Virus record (IMG/VR): IMGVR_UViG_3300028591_000107 | DNA length: 20,000 nucleotides | Strand: one strand, 5' to 3' | Source of the DNA: an uncultured virus (IMG/VR IMGVR_UViG_3300028591_000107) | Taxonomy: Duplodnaviria; Heunggongvirae; Uroviricota; Caudoviricetes | In this document: in pieces, positions 16,291-20,000 of the stretch | Position numbering within the stretch: position 1 is the stretch's first letter | Layout: each line of letters starts with the position of its first letter | Program-made: the position numbers and the translations under genes | Notes under the pieces: model-generated | What the model was told of the DNA's origin: nothing | Databases searched by the model: none | What the model saw: the letters and a program-made list of their open reading frames with translations, nothing else

Positions 16291-16355
16291 ATAATTATCT
16301 TAAATAAGGATTATATTTTAATAAAAATAAACAATATTTTAGAAAATAATTAAAA

Positions 16356-17000
16356 TTAATTATCTGTTCCTGTTTTTTCTATAATAGTGTTTATTACATC
16401 TACAGTTTTCCCACTGTTAATCATATCATCAATTTCTTTAATGAAGTCACGTGAACCAAGAACAACTTTAGATCCATCTTCATTATCTTGTTCTTTAGCT
16501 TTTTCTTCAAATGTTTCTTCACAATTAGCTTGCATTTCTTTAAAGATATTTTCAAGATTTGCTGTTAATTGATTTAATTGTGTTTGCATTGAAAGCATAG
16601 AGTTTTGTAAAGATGTTAATGAACCATATAACGTTCCTTTACCCGCATTCATTGTTATAGATGTTATTAATGTATCTTGTGCCTTTTCATTAACAGTAAG
16701 CATTTTTAATAATCGTCTTATGTTATCAACTTCTTGTGCAATTTTGTTTTTAATATAAGGATGATTTTCTATATATCTTTGATCGAAATAATAATCCGAT
16801 AATCTTTCAACTATTTTTTTAGCTCTATCACTAGTTTTTTTATCTACATCATTAAGATCAATAACTAAAAGTGGTGTTGAAAGGGTATCATCTACATCAG
16901 TTAAATCAGGAGTTTCTGATGTTAAAAATAAATTTTCTAATACATCTTTATGATTTTCTTCTGGTTCAATTGTACCATATTTTCCATCATAATTTTTCAT
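16356..17000 (-). CDS. Coiled-coil protein, possible terminase small subunit (T4 gp16-like)
   Basis: NAGKGTLYGSLTSLQNSMLSMQTQLNQL..LENI and VVLGSRDFIKEI resemble gp16 NADSPRHMEVFATLMGQM..ILKL..MKDI and VFMGSPTELMDEI. It lies adjacent to the head genes. Confidence 0.5.
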   Translation of the reverse strand: MKNYDGKYGTIEPEENHKDVLENLFLTSETPDLTDVDDTLSTPLLVIDLNDVDKKTSDRAKKIVERLSDYYFDQRYIENHPYIKNKIAQEVDNIRRLLKMLTVNEKAQDTLITSITMNAGKGTLYGSLTSLQNSMLSMQTQLNQLTANLENIFKEMQANCEETFEEKAKEQDNEDGSKVVLGSRDFIKEIDDMINSGKTVDVINTIIEKTGTDN

Positions 17001-17031
17001 TTTTGCCTCTTTATCTTTTTATTTATTATAT

Positions 17032-17041
17032 TTAAAAATAA
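17032..17041 (-). promoter_or_regulatory. Putative late promoter motif TTATTTTTAA (16356-17000 gene)
   Basis: Recurring 10-mer about 32 nt upstream of the ATG, just downstream of a terminator. Confidence 0.45.
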
Positions 17042-17062
17042 TATTTAAAAGTTATAAAAAAT

Positions 17063-17091
17063 AAAAAAGGATGATTTATAAAAATCATCCT
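17063..17091 (-). terminator. Intrinsic terminator after fimbrillin-like gene
   Basis: AGGATGATTT-ATAA-AAATCATCCT 10-bp stem with a T-tract on the minus strand. Confidence 0.85.
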
Positions 17092-17119
17092 CTAATATTA
17101 TATAATATTATTTTAATGT

Positions 17120-18883
17120 TTATAAACTAAATGTCCAAACTTCTCCTTCTGTATATGTATCAATATTTGTTGGAGTTGTATTAACTATAATTGGAAATTC
17201 TTCTTCAATTTTTGGATCTGTTGGGTCGGCTTGTGAAGGATCAACTTTACCATGTTTGGTATCATTAACACTAATTACATAATCATACCATTTTCCTGGT
17301 TGCCAATTACATTTAAAGGCAGGTACAAATACTCTTGCATCATATCTTGTTACACCATTTAATGTGTATGAAAATTTAATAGTAAATCCAAAGTTAGATT
17401 CATGTACTACTGGGAATGTATACCAGTTAGTTGGAGAATATACTGAATAATTAATTATTCCAGGTTTTGTGAATACAATTTCTTGTTTAGTAGTATTAAC
17501 ATTATAAGTAACATCATTCAAACCAACATTTGATGTAACTTTCTCTGGGAATGTCACCAATACAGCATCTTTACCATCTTGTTGTTGTGAAGTCACAGGA
17601 AGAACAACGATACCATTTTTTCCTGTTGCTGGTTGATATGGTATTTCAGGAGAACCACCAGTTACTTCACAAACCTGTGTAGAAGCTTCAATATTGCTTG
17701 AAAGGAATACAAGAACTTGATTATGGTTTGTGTCACTTACATTAATACGAATAACTCTCCATCCTTGTGCATATGCTTGTTCAAATATTGACCAAAATGA
17801 ACCTGCTGGTGTACCACCAACCCAATCGGTTTGATGCGCCTTTAATGCAGTTGAAAATGCATCATTACCGGCGGCAAATTCAGCTTTATCTACACCATCA
17901 GCAAGTTTCATCATAAAGATATTCTTATTACTTGCAGCACTTTCCCAATCTTCAGTAGTTTCAGTTTTTGATGTACTATTATTTACTTCATTAAGTCTAT
18001 AATATACAAATTGAGAATTTACAACATCTTTAATTGAAAGAAGCCAATCTTTAGAAAGCCAAGCACCATTGTTAGTACCTACATAAAGAGGATTAGGATT
18101 ATTTGCAGTTAACTTAGGTGAGCTAGCTCCATAAAAACCAATAGCAACTTGTACTTCATGACCAGCTACAAGTTCATTAATAAACTTAGTAGTTTTCTTT
18201 GTATAAGTTTCAGTACCAGGTACTGCAGGTTGATATGGTACTTCAGGTGTATAAGGAGTAAAATCAAGAATTTCTAAATTATTACCAGTATTAGTTTCAA
18301 ATTTAATTCTTACTATAGAGTTTTGATGTTCAAAGTTTAATGTAGCACCTTGTGCATAATTTTGTTTTTCTGCAGTAGTTTGTGCAATAATAAATTCTTT
18401 GTTATATTTTTCATCATTAGGATTAACATTTTCTGTTTTAAAATCCTCTAAATTAACATCTATTGTATTATCATTTTTTAATGTTAATAAATCATTAAAT
18501 GGAATAATACCTATAAAATTATATTTTGAAACATTATTATCAAAATATTTTTGATTTTCTTTATAACCCCAAGTATATGTTTGATTATTAATTACACCAT
18601 TATAATTATTCATGACAGCTGAATCTGCTGTCCAAGAAAATAAACTAAAACCAGAATAATTATCTATAATATCATTTGTTTGAATTGAATATGCTCTAGT
18701 ACCAGCAGAATATGTATTAACTGGACCACCCATAGGATATTGACCATTTGCATTCATTTGATATGGTTGCCAATATAATCCTGATACTGGAGGATAATAA
18801 GTATTACTATTATCAATACTACAATTAATAAATGAAAGAGAAATTAATAATATAATAATAAAAATTTTTAAATAATTTTTCAT
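17120..18883 (-). CDS. Fimbrillin-like (Mfa/type V pilin family) lipoprotein with internal inserted domain
   Basis: Signal peptide with a lipobox-like Cys (MKNYLKIFIIILLISLSFINC), the pilin processing-type motif GTRA, TLNFEHQNSIVRIKF and WQPGKWYDYVISV. These are hallmark blocks of Bacteroidota fimbrillin-like proteins. Confidence 0.78.
   Translation of the reverse strand: MKNYLKIFIIILLISLSFINCSIDNSNTYYPPVSGLYWQPYQMNANGQYPMGGPVNTYSAGTRAYSIQTNDIIDNYSGFSLFSWTADSAVMNNYNGVINNQTYTWGYKENQKYFDNNVSKYNFIGIIPFNDLLTLKNDNTIDVNLEDFKTENVNPNDEKYNKEFIIAQTTAEKQNYAQGATLNFEHQNSIVRIKFETNTGNNLEILDFTPYTPEVPYQPAVPGTETYTKKTTKFINELVAGHEVQVAIGFYGASSPKLTANNPNPLYVGTNNGAWLSKDWLLSIKDVVNSQFVYYRLNEVNNSTSKTETTEDWESAASNKNIFMMKLADGVDKAEFAAGNDAFSTALKAHQTDWVGGTPAGSFWSIFEQAYAQGWRVIRINVSDTNHNQVLVFLSSNIEASTQVCEVTGGSPEIPYQPATGKNGIVVLPVTSQQQDGKDAVLVTFPEKVTSNVGLNDVTYNVNTTKQEIVFTKPGIINYSVYSPTNWYTFPVVHESNFGFTIKFSYTLNGVTRYDARVFVPAFKCNWQPGKWYDYVISVNDTKHGKVDPSQADPTDPKIEEEFPIIVNTTPTNIDTYTEGEVWTFSL
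17627..18247 (-). repeat. Pair of 24-nt direct repeats (17627-17650 and 18224-18247; 22/24 identical) encoding PE[V/I]PYQPA
   Basis: Plus strand TGCTGGTTGATATGGTATTTCAGG versus TGCAGGTTGATATGGTACTTCAGG, 597 nt apart. Confidence 0.9.
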
Positions 18884-19023
18884 TGTTTTAATAAATATTT
18901 TTATTAAGGTTATTCCTATTTATTTAAAATAATTGTTTATTATCGAAATATATTATTTTTATATTAGTTTTTATTTTAATTATTTAATTTATTAACTTAA
19001 GTCAATTTGGTAACATATATAAC

Positions 19024-19055
19024 AAAAAAGGGAATATACATATGTATATTCCCTT
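19024..19055 (-). terminator. Intrinsic terminator after flotillin-like gene
   Basis: Perfect 28-bp palindrome AAGGGAATATACATATGTATATTCCCTT (19028-19055) with a T-tract on the minus strand. Confidence 0.88.
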
Positions 19056-19078
19056 CTAATTATAATATAAGTGAAGTA

Positions 19079-19999
19079 TTATTCTACATTCTCAAAGTCC
19101 TTTTTATTAGACTTTTTAACTGTCTTAGATTTATCTTCAATAATCATTTGATCATTATTTTCTGATGTTTTTGATTCTCCATTCAAACCAAGAAGATTTT
19201 TAATAGGATCTTTCATACCATTTGATATCATATCAATAGCTGGAGTAACATTTGCCATGAGATCCTTAACAAATTTACCACCTGTTGAAGTATCTCCATA
19301 AACTGTAACTGATCCAAGACTAATTCGAGATAATGCTTCAGCTTGAGCACTAGCAATACCTTCAAGATGATCTACGGTTTTCCATTGTACAGCCAAATCA
19401 GGACGACCACCGGCAACTTCAACCATCTTCTCAAATGCCATAGCAGGTGCCAATTCTTTTTGCTGAAGTGCTTCTGCTTCAGCCATAAGAGATGCACGTT
19501 TACCTTCAGCTTCTGCCATTAACTTATTCTTAGTACCTTCAGCCTCTGCATTTAACTTCATACGAGTTGCTTCTGCTTCTGCCTCAGCTTTTCTCAATAC
19601 CTGAGCTTTAATAGCTTCTGCTTCAAGTTCAGCCTTACGCTTAATAGCTTCTGCTTCAATAACTGCCTTCTCCTTAGCTTTCTGTGCAGGTACAATTTCG
19701 GTTGCATTCAATTGCTCTTCTGCGGCCTTAGCTTGTGCCTTATTAACTTCTAACTGACGTTCCTGCTTTGTCTTTGCAACTGAAAGTTCAGCCTCAACCT
19801 TAGCAGTCTCTGCAACCTTTAATGAATCAGCTTCTGCTTGACCGGCCTTAGCTCGTGCTTGTGCCACTTCAATCTTAGCCATCTGCTCTGCCACACCTGC
19901 TTTCTTATCAGCTTCTGCTTTACGCTTACGCTTCTCAGATTCATATTCGGCTGCTTTAGATTCCTTTTCTTGAGTAGCCTTTACAATTTCAGCTTCCTT
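19079..19999 (-). CDS. Flotillin/SPFH-family protein, 5' partial (extends beyond window)
   Basis: The frame stays open from the window edge (KEAEIVKATQEKESK...). It has an A/E/K-rich AEA coiled coil, IVPAQKAKEK..IEAEA, and the C-terminal EGIASAQAEALSRISLGSVTVYG typical of bacterial flotillins. Confidence 0.85.
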   Translation of the reverse strand, partial: KEAEIVKATQEKESKAAEYESEKRKRKAEADKKAGVAEQMAKIEVAQARAKAGQAEADSLKVAETAKVEAELSVAKTKQERQLEVNKAQAKAAEEQLNATEIVPAQKAKEKAVIEAEAIKRKAELEAEAIKAQVLRKAEAEAEATRMKLNAEAEGTKNKLMAEAEGKRASLMAEAEALQQKELAPAMAFEKMVEVAGGRPDLAVQWKTVDHLEGIASAQAEALSRISLGSVTVYGDTSTGGKFVKDLMANVTPAIDMISNGMKDPIKNLLGLNGESKTSENNDQMIIEDKSKTVKKSNKKDFENVE

Positions 20000-20000
20000 A

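Noticed and set aside
8801..16572. Nested ORFs 8801-9007, 9373-9567, 10367-10570, 13974-14189, 14249-14440 and 16387-16572
   Set aside because: Shadow ORFs of structural genes with biased codon usage.
18975..19005. TTGACT on the minus strand as a sigma70 -35 for the pilin-like gene
   Set aside because: No convincing -10 at proper spacing beyond AT background, and the probable host phylum uses a different consensus.
1..20000. Active stop-codon recoding, tRNA genes, introns/inteins or IS elements
   Set aside because: Genes are uninterrupted under the standard code. No cloverleaf, splicing, homing-endonuclease or transposase signatures were seen.

Overview
This is a very AT-rich segment of a large T4-like (possibly Lak-like) myophage genome. 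A Bacteroidota host is likely, given the general lack of Shine-Dalgarno sequences and a type V pilin-like lipoprotein. The left arm (+ strand, 1-7906) holds replication and accessory genes: a partial SLOG/YspA-like protein, UvsW helicase, degenerate MazG, Dam methylase, GT6 glycosyltransferase, gp30.3-type NADAR, a possible tandem DsbA-like protein and several microproteins missed by the ORF track. The right arm (- strand, 8054-20000) holds a partial flotillin, a fimbrillin-like lipoprotein, a possible small terminase, a fused prohead protease-scaffold, major capsid, tail sheath and tail tube. Most of these are separated by intrinsic terminators, and five are preceded by a shared TTATTTTTAA motif. 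The main observations are: (1) a free-standing 41-aa microprotein resembling the pre-Walker-A segment of T4-type large terminase; (2) a NADAR gene with a codon-protected +1 overlapping frame, recalling T4 30.3/30.3'; (3) clamp-binding-like C-terminal tails on the NADAR and SLOG proteins; (4) a MazG that has lost its catalytic glutamates; (5) a pilin-like gene with an in-frame cassette bounded by 24-nt direct repeats. All family calls come from motif recognition by eye, not database searches.
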